Assembly: GCF_009914755.1 (NCBI RefSeq)
Contig: NC_060940.1
From: the human T2T-CHM13v2.0 reference genome, Homo sapiens
Direction: 5' to 3' (one strand)
Length of the DNA stretch: 64,000 bases
Shown: piece by piece, positions 44,801 to 59,705 of the stretch
Numbering within the stretch: the first letter of the stretch is position 1
How the letters are laid out: each line of letters opens with the position of its first letter
The notes under the pieces: model-generated
The model's database searches: none
Seen by the model: only the letters and a program-made list of their open reading frames with translations
Told to the model about the DNA's origin: nothing
Program-made: the position numbers and the translations under genes

Positions 44801-47800
44801 ATTTGACTTCATTTGATGATGATTCCTTTCAAGTTCATTAGATGATTCCATTCGATTCCATTTGATGATGATCCCATTCGAGTCCATTCAGTGATTCCAC
44901 TCGTTTCCATTCCATGATGATTCCATTCCATTCCATTTAATGATTCCATTCGATTCCGTTTGATGATGATTTCATTCGAGTCCATTTGATGATTCCATTT
45001 GATTCCATTCGATGATGATTCCATTCGAGTCCATTCGATGATTCTATTCGAATCCATTTGATGATTTCTTTTGATTATAGTTGGTGATGATTCCATTGGA
45101 GTCCATTCAATGATTCCATTCTATTCCAATCGATGGTGATTCCATTAGAGTCCATTTAATGATTCCATTTGATTCCAGTCTCTGATGATTACATTCGAGT
45201 CCATACGATGATTCCACTCAATTCCATATGATGATGATTCCATTCGATTCCATTCGATGATTCCATTCTATTCTATTCAATGGTGATTCCATTCGAGTAC
45301 ATTAGATGATTCCATTCGATTCCATTCAATGATGATTCTATTTGTGTCCCTTAGATGATTCCACATGATTCCATTAGATGATGATACTATTTGAGCCCAT
45401 CCAATGATTCCCTTCGATTCCATTCGATGAGGATTCCATTCGATTCAATTCATTGGTGATTCTATTCAATTCAATTCTTTGATTCCATTCCATTCCATTC
45501 GACAATGATTCCATTCGATTTCTTTCGATGATTCCACTCGATTCCCCTTGACATTGATTCCCTTCGATTCCATTCAATGATTCCATTTGATTCCAGTGGA
45601 TGATGATTGCCGTGGATTCCATTCGATCACTCCATTCTGTTCCATTTGATAATGATTACATTCGATTCCATTTGATGATTCCATCTGATTCTATTCGAGG
45701 ATTCCATTTGATTCCATTCGATGATGATTCCATTCGAGTCCATTCGATGGTTTCATTCGAGTACATCCAATGATTCCATTCGAGTCCATTTGATGATTCC
45801 ATTTGATTCCATTTCATAATGATTCTACTAGAGTCCATTCAATGACTCCATTGGAGTCCATTCAACACTTCCATTCGACTCCATTTGATGATTCCATTCG
45901 ATTCCATTTGATGATTCCATTCGAGTCCATTTAATCATTACAGTCGAGTCCATTTGGTGATTCCACTGGATTTCTTTAGATAATGATACCATTCAATTAC
46001 ATTTGATGATGATCCCATTCAATTTCATTTGATGATGATTCCATTAGAGTCCATTCGATGATTTCATTCGAGTCCCTTCATTGATTCCATCCGATTTCAT
46101 TGGATGATGACTCCATTCGAGTCCATTCGATGATTCCACTCGATTCCATTAGATGACTCCATTGGAGTCCATTTGATTGTTCCATTCGATTCCATTCGAT
46201 TCCTTTCGAAGATTATTCCATTTGAGTCCATTCGATGATGATTCCATTCCATTCCATTCGATGATTCCGTTTGATTCCATTCGATGAATCCCTTCGATTC
46301 CTTTCTTTGATGATTCCATTCCATTCCATTCAATGATTCCATTCGAATCTATTCCATGATGATTCCTTTCGATTCCATTCGCTGATGTTTCCTTTCAATT
46401 CCATTCGATGATGATTCCATTCGATTCCATTCATTGAGGATTCCATTTGATTCCATTCAATGATGTTTCCGTTCTATTCCATTCAATGATTGCATTCAAT
46501 TCCATTCAATGATTATCCCCTTAGAGTAAACTCAACGATTCCATTCAATACCATTCGATGATGATTCCTTTTGAGTCCATTCAATGATTTCATTCAAGTC
46601 CATTTGATGATTCCTTTCAATTCCATTCTATGATGATTCCATTCGAGTCCATTCCATGATTCCATTCGATTGCATTCGATGATTCCATTATATTCTAGTC
46701 AACGATGATTCCATTCGAGTCCATTCGATGATTCCATTAGAGTACATTTAATGATTGCTTTGTTTTCAATTCGAAGATGATTACATTCGATTCCATTCTA
46801 TGATACCATTCGATTCCATTCAATGATGATTCCACTCAAATCCATTGGATGATTCCATTCGTGTCCATTCGGTGATTTCATTAGATTCCATTCGAGGATG
46901 ATTCCATTCGATTCCATTCGATGATTCCATTCAATTCCATTCGATGATGATTCCATTCCAGTCCATATGATCATTCCATTTGATTTCATTCGATGATGAT
47001 TCCATTCGATTCCATTCGATGATTCCATTCTATTCCATTCGATGATGATTCCATTCGAGTCCATTCGATGATTCCATTCGAGTCCATTTAATGATTCCAT
47101 TGGGTTCAATTCAATGATGATTACATTGGATTCCGTTCTATGATTCCATTCAATTCCGTTCATTGACAATTTGATTCCATTCGATGATGATTCCATTTGA
47201 GTTCATTCGATGATTCTATTCGATTCTCTTCGATGGTGATTCAATTCTATTATATTGGATGATTCCATTCGATTCCATTTGATGTTGATTCAATTCGATT
47301 CTATTCGATGATGATTCCATTGGATTTCACTTGATGATTCTATTCGATTCCATTCAATGATGATTCACTTCTCGTCCATTGGATGATTCCATTTCATTCC
47401 ATTCGATGATGATTCCATTCGATTCCATTCGATGATTCCATTTGATTCCATGCGTCGGTGAGCAATTCGATTCAATTCCATGATGATTCTATTTGATTCA
47501 ATTAGATGATGTTTCCATTCGAATCCATTCCATGATTATTCCATTGGAATCCATTCGGTGATGATTCCATATGAGTCAATTCAATGATGATTCCATATGG
47601 GTCCGTTCGATGATAATTCCATTTGATTTCATTCGGTACTTCTATTCAATTCCAGTCGATGATGATTCCGTTGGAGTCCATACGATGATTCCATTTGATT
47701 TCATTTGATGATGATTCCATTCGATGATGATTACATTGGATTCCATTCTATGATTCCATTCAATTCCATTCGTTGATGATTCGATTCCATTCAATGATGA

Positions 47801-48002
47801 TTCTATTTGAGTTCATTCAATGATTCTATTCGATTCCGTTCGATGGTGATTCAATTCTCTTATATTGGATGAATCCACTCGATACCATTTGATGATTATT
47901 CCATTGGAGTCCACTTAGTGAATCCTTCAGATTCTACTCGAAGATGATTCCATTCAAGTCCATTCGATGATACCATTCAATTCCATTCGTTGATGCTTCC
48001 AT
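41891..48002 (+). repeat. Full-length 6112-bp higher-order (master) repeat unit
   Basis: Landmark spacing 41891->48003 = 6112 bp. It contains the 570-, 650-, 170-, 72- and 23-bp segments that other units lack. Unit boundaries are arbitrary and set at the landmark. Confidence 0.9.
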
Positions 48003-51000
48003 TCAAGTGCATTCGATGATATCATTCGATTCCATTTGATGATAATTCCATTTGATTCCATGCGATGATTCTATTCGATTCCATTCAATGATAATTCCAT
48101 TCAGTTCAGTGATTCCTCTGGACTCCATTTGATGATGATTCCATTGAATGATTCCATTTGATTCTATTCGAAAATGATTCCATTTGAATCCATTTGATGA
48201 TGATTCCATTAGATTCCATTTGATGATTCCATTCGATTCCATGCGACGATGATTCCATTCGATTCCATTTGATGATTCCATTCTATTCTATTCGATGATG
48301 ATTCCATTCGATTCCATTCGATGATGATTGGATTCGATTCCATTTGATGATTTCATTTGATTCCATTCGTTAATGATTTCGATCAATTCCATTCGATGAT
48401 TCCATTCGATTCCATTCGATAATGATTACATCCGTGTCCATTCAATGATTCCATTTGAGCCTGTTCGATAATTCCATTTGTGTCCAACCAATGATTCCAT
48501 TCATTTCCATTCAATGATTCCATTCGAGTCCATTTGATCATTCCGGTAGGGTCCATTCGATGTTGATTCCATTGGAGTGCATTCGATGATTCCATTCGAG
48601 TCCATTTTATGATTTGATTCGAGTCCTTTCGATGATTCCATTCGATTCCACTCGATGATGATTTCATTCGAGTCCATTCGACACTTCCAATCGATTCCAT
48701 TTGATGTTTCCATTCGAGTCCAATTGATGATTCCATTCAATTCCATTCGATGATGATTCCGTACGATTCCATTCTGTGATGATTCCCTGTGATTCCATTC
48801 AATGATGATTCCTTTAGATTGCATTCGATTGTGATTCATTTCGTCTTCATTCTATGGTTCCACAGGTTTCCATTCGTGTCCATTCCATTATTCCATTCTA
48901 TTCCATTTGATGATGATTCCATTCGATTCCATTCATTGGTGATTCCACTCAATTCCATTCAATGATTCCATTCCATTTCTTTCAACAATGATTCCATTAG
49001 TTTCTAATCGATGATCCACTTGATTCCATTTGACGACGATTCCATTCTTGTCCATTCGATGATTCCATTTGATTCCATATGATGATGATTCCATTCGATT
49101 CCATACCATGATGATTCCATTCGAGTCCATTCAATGGTGATTCCATTCAATTCCATTCGATGATTCCTTTCGATTCCATTCGATGATGATGGCATTCGAT
49201 TCCTTTCAATCATTCCCTTTGATTCCATTCAAAGGTGATTTCATTCAAGTCCATTCGATAATTGCATTCGATTCCATTCTATGATGATTCCATTCGAGTC
49301 CATTTGATGATTCCATTCAATTCAAGTCAATGATGATTCCATTCGATTCCATTCGATGATTCCATTGGATTCCATTCGATGATGATTCCATTCAAATCCA
49401 TTCGATAATTCAATTCAAGTCCATTCGATGATGATTAAAATCGAATCCATTCAAAGATTCCATTCAGTTCCATTCGATGATTCCCTTAGATTCCATTCGA
49501 TGATTCCACTTGATTTCATTTACGATGATTCCATTCGATTCCACGTGATGATTCCATTCAATTCTATTCAATGCTGTTTCCATTTGATTCCATTCGACCA
49601 TGATTGCCTTTGATTCCATTCAATGACTCCATTCGGTTCCTTTTGATGATGATTCCGTTCGATTCCATTTGATGATTCCATTTGATTCCATTGGATGAGT
49701 CCATTCGATTACATTCGATGATTATTCCATTCGAGTGCATTAGATGATTCCATTCGAGTCCATTCGATGATTCCATTCGATTCCATTCGATGTTGATTCT
49801 GTTCAAATCCATTCGATGATTCCACTCGATTCCATTCGATGACTCCAGTTGATCCCATTCGATGATTTCCTTTGATTCCCTTTGATGATCATTCCATTTG
49901 ATTCAATTCGGTGATTTCATTTGATTCCATTCAGTGATGTTTCCATTCGACTCCATTCGATGATGATTCCATTCGACTCCATTCGATTATGATTTCATTC
50001 AATTCCATTCGATAATGATTCCCTTCGAGTCCATTCGATGATTCCATTCGATTCCATTCAACGATGATTTGATTCGTGTCCATTCGATGATTCCATTTGA
50101 TTCCACTTGATGATGATTCCATTCGAGTCCATTTGATGATTCCATTCAATTCCATTCTCCGATGATTTCTTTTGAGCCCATTCAATGCTTCCACTCGATT
50201 CCATATGATGATGACTCCATTCGATGAAATTCGATGATGATTCCCTTTGATTCCATTCAAAGATGATTCCATTCTAGCCCATTCAATCATTCCATTCGAT
50301 TCTATTCAATGATGATTCCATTCATGTCGATTTGGTGATTCCATTTGACTTCATTTGATGATGATTCCTTTCAAGTTCATTAGATGATTCCATTCGATTC
50401 CATTTGATGATGATCCCATTCGAGTCCATTCAGTGATTCCACTCGTTTCCATTCCATGATGATTCCATTCCATTCCATTCAATGATTCCATTCGATTCCG
50501 TTTGATGATGATTTCATTCGAGTCCATTTGATGATTCCATTTGATTCCATTCGATGATGATTCCATTCGAGTCCATTCGATGATTCTATTCGAATCCATT
50601 TGATGATTTCTTTTGATTATAGTTGGTGATGATTCCATTGGAGTCCATTCAATGATTCCATTCGATTCCAATCGATGGTGATTCCATTAGAGTCCATTTA
50701 ATGATTCCATTTGATTCCAGTCTCTGATGATTACATTCGAGTCCATACGATGATTCCACTCAATTCCATATGATGATGATTCCATTCGATTCCATTCGAT
50801 GATTCCATTCTATTCTATTCAATGGTGATTCCATTCGAGTACATTAGATGATTCCATTCGATTCCATTCAATGATGATTCTATTTGTGTCCCTTAGATGA
50901 TTCCACATGATTCCATTAGATGATGATACTATTTGAGCCCATCCAATGATTCCCTTCGATTCCATTCGATGAGGATTCCATTCGATTCAATTCATTGGTG

Positions 51001-53544
51001 ATTCTATTCAATTCAATTCTTTGATTCCATTCCATTCCATTCGACAATGATTCCATTCGATTTCTTTCGATGATTCCACTCGATTCCACTTGACATTGAT
51101 TCCCTTCGATTCCATTCAATGATTCCATTTGATTCCAGTGGATGATGATTGCCATCGATTCCATTCGATCACTCCATTCTATTCCATTTGATGATGATTA
51201 CATTCGATTCCATTTGACGATTCCATCTGATTCTATTCGAGGATTCCATTTGATTCCATTCGATGATGATTCCATTCGAGTCCATTCGATGATTTCATTC
51301 GAGTACATCCAATGATTCCATTCGAGTCCATTTGATGATTCCATTTGATTCCATTTGATAATGATTCTACTAGAGTCCATTCAATGACTCCATTGGAGTC
51401 CATTCAACAATTCCATTCGACTCCATTTGATGATTCCATTCGATTCCATTTGATGATTCCATTCGAGTCCATTTAATCATTACAGTCGAGTCCATTTGGT
51501 GATTCCACCGGATTTCTTTTGATAATGATACCATTCAAATACATTTGATGATGATCCCATTCAATTTCATTTGATGATGATTCCATTAGAGTCCATTCGA
51601 TGATTTCATTCGAGTCCCTTCATTGATTCCATCCGATTTCATTGGATGATGACTCCATTCGAGTCCATTCGATGATTCCACTCGATTCCATTAGATGATT
51701 CCATTGGAGTCCATTTGATTGTTCCATTCGATTCCATTCAATTCCTTTCGAAGATTATTCCATTTGAGTCCATTCGACGATGATTCCATTCCATTCCATT
51801 CGATGATTCCGTTTGATTCCATTCGATGATTCCCTTCGATTCCTTTCTTTGATGATTCCATTCCATTCCATTCAATGATTCCATTCGAATCTATTCCATG
51901 ATGATTCCTTTCGATTCCATTCGCTGATGTTTCCGTTCAATTCCATTCGATGATGATTCCATTCGATTCCATTCATTGAGGATTCCATTTGATTCCATTC
52001 AATGATGATTCCGTTCTATTCCATTCAATGATTGCATTCAATTCCATTCAATGATTATCCCCTTAGAGTAAACTCAACGATTCCATTCAATACCATTCGA
52101 TGATGATTCCTTTTGAGTCCATTCAATGATTTCATTCAAGTCCATTTGATGATTCCTTTCAATTCCATTCTATGATGATTCCATTCGAGTCCATTCGATG
52201 ATTCCATTCGATTGCATTCGATGATTCCATTATATTCCAGTCAACGATGATTCCATTCGAGTCCATTCGATGATTCCATTAGAGTACATTTAATGATTGC
52301 TTTGTTTTCAATTCGAAGATGATTACATTGGATTCCATTCTATGATACCATTCGATTCCATTCAATGATGATTCCACTCAAATCCATTGGATGATTCCAT
52401 TCGTGTCCATTCGGTGATTTCATTAGATTCCATTCGAGGATGATTCCATTCGATTCCATTCGATGATTCCATTCAATTCCATTCGATGATGATTCCATTC
52501 CAGTCCATATGATCATTCCATTTGATTTCATTCGATGATGATTCCATTCGATTCCATTCGATGATTCCATTCTATTCCATTCGATGATGATTCCATTCGA
52601 GTCCATTCGATGATTCCATTCGAGTCCATTTAATGATTCCATTGGGTTCAATTCAATGATGATTACATTGGATTCCGTTCTATGATTCCATTCAATTCCG
52701 TTCATAGACAATTTGATTCCATTCGATGATGATTCCATTTGAGTTCATTCGATGATTCTATTCGATTCTCTTCGATGGTGATTCAATTCTATTATATTGG
52801 ATGATTCCATTCGATTCCATTTGATGTTGATTCAATTCGATTCTATTCGATGATGATTCCATTGGATTTCACTTGATGATTCTATTCGATTCCATTCAAT
52901 GATGATTCACTTCTCGTCCATTGGATGATTCCATTTCATTCCATTCGATGATGATTCCATTCGATTCCATTCGATGATTCCATTTGATTCCATGCGACGG
53001 TGAGCAATTCGATTCAATTCCATGATGATTCTATTTGATTCAATTAGATGATGTTTCCATTCGAATCCATTCCATGATTATTCCATTGGAATCCATTTGG
53101 CGATGATTCCATATGAGTCAATTCAATGATGATTCCATATGGGTCCGTTCGATGATAATTCCATTTGATTTCATTCGATGCTTCTATTCTATTCCAGTCG
53201 ATGATGATTCCGTTGGAGTCCATACGATGATTCCATTTGATTTCATTTGATGATGATTCCATTCGATGATGATTACATTGGATTCCATTCTATGATTCCA
53301 TTCGATTCCATTCGTTGATGATTCGATTCCATTCAATGATGATTCCATTTGAGTTCATTCGATGATTCTATTCGATTCCGTTCGATGGTGATTCAATTCT
53401 ATTATATAGGATGATTCCACTCGATTCCATTTGATGATTATTCCATTGGAGTCCACTTAGTGAATCCTTTAGATTCTACTCGAAGATGATTCCATTCGAG
53501 TCCATTCGATGATACCATTCAATTCCATTCGTTGATGCTTCCAT
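48003..53544 (+). repeat. 5542-bp unit (570-bp deletion variant), copy 3
   Basis: Spacing is 5542, with the same junction at ~50229-50244. Confidence 0.88.
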
Positions 53545-56500
53545 TCAAGTGCATTCGATGATATCATTCGATTCCATTTGATGATAATTCCATTTGATTC
53601 CATGCGATGATTCTATTCGATTCCATTCAATGATAATTCCATTCAATTCAGTGATTCCTCTGGACTCCATTTGATGATGATTCCATTCAATGATTCCATT
53701 CGATTCTATTCCAAAATGATTCCATTTGAATCCATTTGATGATGATTCCATTAGATTCCATTTGATGATTCCATTCGATTCCATTTGACGATGATTCCAT
53801 TCGATTCCATTTGATGATTCCATTCTATTCTATTCGATGATGATTCCATTCGATTCCATTTGATGATGATTGGATTCGATTCCATTTGATGATTTCATTT
53901 GATTCCATTCGTTAATGATTTCGATCAACTCCATTCGATGATTCCATTTGATTCCATTCTATAATGATTACATCCGAGTCCATTCGATGATTCCATTTGA
54001 GCCCGTTCGATAATTCCATTTGAGTCCAATCAATGATTCCATTCATTTCCATTCAATGATTCCATTCGAGTCCATTTGATCATTCTGGTAGGGTCCGTTC
54101 GATGTTGATTCCATTGGAGTGCATTCGATGATTGCATTCGAGTCCATTTTAGGATTTGATTCGAGTCCTTTCGATGATTCCATTCGATTCCACTCGATGA
54201 TGATTTCATTCGAGTCCATTCGACACTTCCAATCGATTCCATTTGATGTTTCCATTCGAGTCCAATTGATGATTCCATTCAATTCCATTCGATGATGATT
54301 CCGTACGATTCCATTCTGTGATGATTCCATGTGATTGCATTCAATGATGATTCCTTTAGATTGCATTCGATTGTGATTCATTTCGTCTTCATTCTATGGT
54401 TCCACAGGTTTCCATTCGTGTCCATTCCATTATTCCATTCTATTCCATTTGGTGATGATTCCATTCGATTCCATTCATTGGTGATTCCACTCAATTCCAT
54501 TCAATGATTCCATTCCATTTCTTTCAACAATGATTCCATTAGTTTCTAATCGATGATCCACTTGATTCCATTTGACGACGATTCCATTCTTGTCCATTCG
54601 ATGATTCCATTTGATTCCATATGATGATGATTCCATTCGATTCCATACCATGATGATTCCATTCGAGTCCATTCAATGGTGATTCCATTCAATTCCATTC
54701 GATGATTCCTTTCGATTCCATTCGATGATGATGGCATTCGATTCCTTTCAATCATTCCCTTTGATTCCATTCAAAGGTGATTTCATTCAAGTCCATTCGA
54801 TAATTGCATTCGATTCCATTCTATGATGATTCCATTCGAGTCCATTTGATGATTCCATTCAATTCAAGTCAATGATGATTCCATTCGATTCCATTCGATG
54901 ATTCCATTGGATTCCATTCGATGATGATTCCATTCAAATCCATTCGATAATTCAATTCAAGTCCATTCGATGATGATTAAAATCGAATCCATTCAAAGAT
55001 TCCATTCAGTTCCATTCGATGATTCCCTTAGATTCCATTCGATGATTCCACTTGATTTCATTTACGATGATTCCATTCGATTCCATGTGATGATTCCATT
55101 CAATACTATTCAATGCTGTTTCCATTTGATTCCATTCGACCATGATTGCCTTTGATTCCATTCAATGACTCCATTCGGTTCCTTTTGATGATGATTCCGT
55201 TCGATTCCATTTGATGATTCCATTTGATTCCATTGGATGAGTCCATTCGATTACATTCGATGATTATTCCATTCGAGTGCATTAGATGATTCCATTCGAG
55301 TCCATTCGATGATTCCATTCGATTCCATTCGATGTTGATTCTGTTCAAATCCATTCGATGATTCCACTCGATTCCATTCGATGACTCCAGTTGATCCCAT
55401 TCGATGATTTCCTTTGATTCCCTTTGATGATCATTCCATTTGATTCAATTCGGTGATTTCATTTGATTCCATTCAGTGATGTTTCCATTCGACTCCATTC
55501 GATGATGATTCCATTCGACTCCATTCGATTATGATTTCATTCAATTCCATTCGATAATGATTCCCTTCAAGTCCATTCGATGATTCCATTCGATTCCATT
55601 CAACGATGATTTGATTCGTGTCCATTCGATGATTCCATTTGATTCCACTTGATGATGATTCCATTCGAGTCCATTTGATGATTCCATTCAATTCCATACT
55701 CCGATGATTTCTTTTGAGCCCACTCAATGCTTCCACTCGATTCCATATGATGATGACTCCATTCGATGAAATTCGATGATGATTCCATTCGCTTGCTTTC
55801 GATGATGATTCCACTTGAGTCTGTTAGAAGATTCTATTCAATTACATTCCATGACGATTCCGTTCGAGTCCATTTGATGATTCCATTAGACTCCATTCGA
55901 CGATGATTCCATTCGATGTTATTCGATGATTCCATTCGATCTCATTCGATGATGATTCCATTCAACTCCATTCGATGTTTCCATTCGAGTTCATTCTATT
56001 TTTCCATTAGATTCCATTCGATGATGATTCCATTCGATTCCATTTGATGATTGCATTCTATTTCATTTGATGATGATTCCATTCGAGTCTACTCGATGAT
56101 TCCATTCGAGTCCATTTAATGAATCCATTGGTTTCAATTCTATGATGATTACATTGGATTCCATTCGTTGATGATTTCATTCGGTTCCATTCAATGATGA
56201 TTCCATTCAATTCCTTTCAATGTTTCCATTCAATTCCATACGATGATGATTCCATTTGATTTGATTCGACAGTGAGCCATTCGATTCAATTCCATGATGA
56301 TTCTATTTGATTCAATTGGTTGACATTTCCATTCGATTCCATTCGATGATGATTCCCTTTGATTCCATTCAAAGATGATTCCATTCTAGCCCATTCAATC
56401 ATTCCATTCGATTCTATTCAATGATGATTCCATTCATGTCGATTTGGTGATTCCATTTGACTTCATTTGATGATGATTCCTTTCAAGTTCATTAGATGAT

Positions 56501-59500
56501 TCCATTCGATTCCATTTGATGATGATCCCATTCGAGTCCATTCAGTGATTCCACTCGTTTCCATTCCATGATGATTCCATTCCATTCCATTTAATGATTC
56601 CATTCGATTCCGTTTGATGATGATTTCATTCGAGTCCATTTGATGATTCCATTTGATTCCATTCGATGATGATTCCATTCGAGTCCATTCGATGATTCTA
56701 TTCGAATCCATTTGATGATTTCTTTTGATTATAGTTGGTGATGATTCCATTGGAGTCCATTCAATGATTCCATTCTATTCCAATCGATGGTGATTCCATT
56801 AGAGTCCATTTAATGATTCCATTTGATTCCAGTCTCTGATGATTACATTCGAGTCCATACGATGATTCCACTCAATTCCATATGATGATGATTCCATTCG
56901 ATTCCATTCGATGATTCCATTCTATTCTATTCAATGGTGATTCCATTCGAGTACATTAGATGATTCCATTCGATTCCATTCAATGATGATTCTATTTGTG
57001 TCCCTTAGATGATTCCACATGATTCCATTAGATGATGATACTATTTGAGCCCATCCAATGATTCCCTTCGATTCCATTCGATGAGGATTCCATTCGATTC
57101 AATTCATTGGTGATTCTATTCAATTCAATTCTTTGATTCCATTCCATTCCATTCGACAATGATTCCATTCGATTTCTTTCGATGATTCCACTCGATTCCC
57201 CTTGACATTGATTCCCTTCGATTCCATTCAATGATTCCATTTGATTCCAGTGGATGATGATTGCCGTCGATTCCATTCGATCACTCCATTCTGTTCCATT
57301 TGATAATGATTACATTCGATTCCATTTGATGATTCCATCTGATTCTATTCGAGGATTCCATTTGATTCCATTCGATGATGATTCCATTCGAGTCCATTCG
57401 ATGGTTTCATTCGAGTACATCCAATGATTCCATTCGAGTCCATTTGATGATTCCATTTGATTCCATTTCATAATGATTCTACTAGAGTCCATTCAATGAC
57501 TCCATTGGAGTCCATTCAACACTTCCATTCGACTCCATTTGATGATTCCATTCGATTCCATTTGATGATTCCATTCGAGTCCATTTAATCATTACAGTCG
57601 AGTCCATTTGGTGATTCCACTGGATTTCTTTAGATAATGATACCATTCAATTACATTTGATGATGATCCCATTCAATTTCATTTGATGATGATTCCATTA
57701 GAGTCCATTCGATGATTTCATTCGAGTCCCTTCATTGATTCCATCCGATTTCATTGGATGATGACTCCATTCGAGTCCATTCGATGATTCCACTCGATTC
57801 CATTAGATGACTCCATTGGAGTCCATTTGATTGTTCCATTCGATTCCATTCGATTCCTTTCGAAGATTATTCCATTTGAGTCCATTCGATGATGATTCCA
57901 TTCCATTCCATTCGATGATTCCGTTTGATTCCATTCGATGAATCCCTTCGATTCCTTTCTTTGATGATTCCATTCCATTCCATTCAATGATTCCATTCGA
58001 ATCTATTCCATGATGATTCCTTTCGATTCCATTCGCTGATGTTTCCTTTCAATTCCATTCGATGATGATTCCATTCGATTCCATTCATTGAGGATTCCAT
58101 TTGATTCCATTCAATGATGTTTCCGTTCTATTCCATTCAATGATTGCATTCAATTCCATTCAATGATTATCCCCTTAGAGTAAACTCAACGATTCCATTC
58201 AATACCATTCGATGATGATTCCTTTTGAGTCCATTCAATGATTTCATTCAAGTCCATTTGATGATTCCTTTCAATTCCATTCTATGATGATTCCATTCGA
58301 GTCCATTCCATGATTCCATTCGATTGCATTCGATGATTCCATTATATTCTAGTCAACGATGATTCCATTCGAGTCCATTCGATGATTCCATTAGAGTACA
58401 TTTAATGATTGCTTTGTTTTCAATTCGAAGATGATTACATTCGATTCCATTCTATGATACCATTCGATTCCATTCAATGATGATTCCACTCAAATCCATT
58501 GGATGATTCCATTCGTGTCCATTCGGTGATTTCATTAGATTCCATTCGAGGATGATTCCATTCGATTCCATTCGATGATTCCATTCAATTCCATTCGATG
58601 ATGATTCCATTCCAGTCCATATGATCATTCCATTTGATTTCATTCGATGATGATTCCATTCGATTCCATTCGATGATTCCATTCTATTCCATTCGATGAT
58701 GATTCCATTCGAGTCCATTCGATGATTCCATTCGAGTCCATTTAATGATTCCATTGGGTTCAATTCAATGATGATTACATTGGATTCCGTTCTATGATTC
58801 CATTCAATTCCGTTCATTGACAATTTGATTCCATTCGATGATGATTCCATTTGAGTTCATTCGATGATTCTATTCGATTCTCTTCGATGGTGATTCAATT
58901 CTATTATATTGGATGATTCCATTCGATTCCATTTGATGTTGATTCAATTCGATTCTATTCGATGATGATTCCATTGGATTTCACTTGATGATTCTATTCG
59001 ATTCTATTCGATGATGATTCCATTAGATTTCACTTGATGATTCTATTCGATTCCATTCAATGATGATTCACTTCTCGTCCATTGGATGATTCCATTTCAT
59101 TCCATTCGATGATGATTCCATTCGATTCCATTCGATGATTCCATTTGATTCCATGCGACGGTGAGCAATTCGATTCAATTCCATGATGATTCTATTTGAT
59201 TCAATTAGATGATGTTTCCATTCGAATCCATTCCACGATTATTCCATTGGAATCCATTTGGCGATGATTCCATATGAGTGAATTCAATGATGATTCCATA
59301 TGGGTCCGTTCGATGATAATTCCATTTGATTTCATTCAATGCTTCTATTCTATTCCAGTCGATGATGATTCCGTTGGAGTCCATACGATGATTCCATTTG
59401 ATTTCATTTGATGATGATTCCATTCGATGATGATTACATTGGATTCCATTCTATGATTCCATTCAATTCCATTCGTTGATGATTCGATTCCATTCAATGA

Positions 59501-59705
59501 TGATTCCATTTGAGTTCATTCGATGATTCTATTCGATTCCGTTCGATGGTGATTCAATTCTCTTATATTGGATGATTCCACTCGATTCCATTTGATGATT
59601 ATTCCATTGGAGTCCAATTAGTGAATCCTTTAGATTCTACTCGAAGATGATTCCATTCGAGTCCATTCAATGATACCATTCAATTTCATTCGTTGATGCT
59701 TCCAT
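53545..59705 (+). repeat. Full-length unit plus 49-bp tandem duplication (6161 bp)
   Basis: Spacing 53545->59706 = 6161 = 6112+49. The duplication is visible at 58947-59044. Confidence 0.88.
58947..59044 (+). repeat. Private 2x49-bp tandem duplication
   Basis: ATTCGATTCTATTCGATGATGATTCCATT(G/A)GATTTCACTTGATGATTCT occurs twice, with one mismatch (58976 G vs 59025 A). It is single-copy in all other units. Confidence 0.9.

Larger units (their letters stand above)
35640..58946 (+). repeat. Tandem duplication of an 11654-bp dimeric unit (5542+6112 bp); boundaries approximate
   Basis: ORF pairs 36349/48003, 37774/49428, 41891/53545, 43316/54970, 46097/57751 and 46798/58452 are all offset by 11654 with identical translations. 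Confidence 0.9.
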
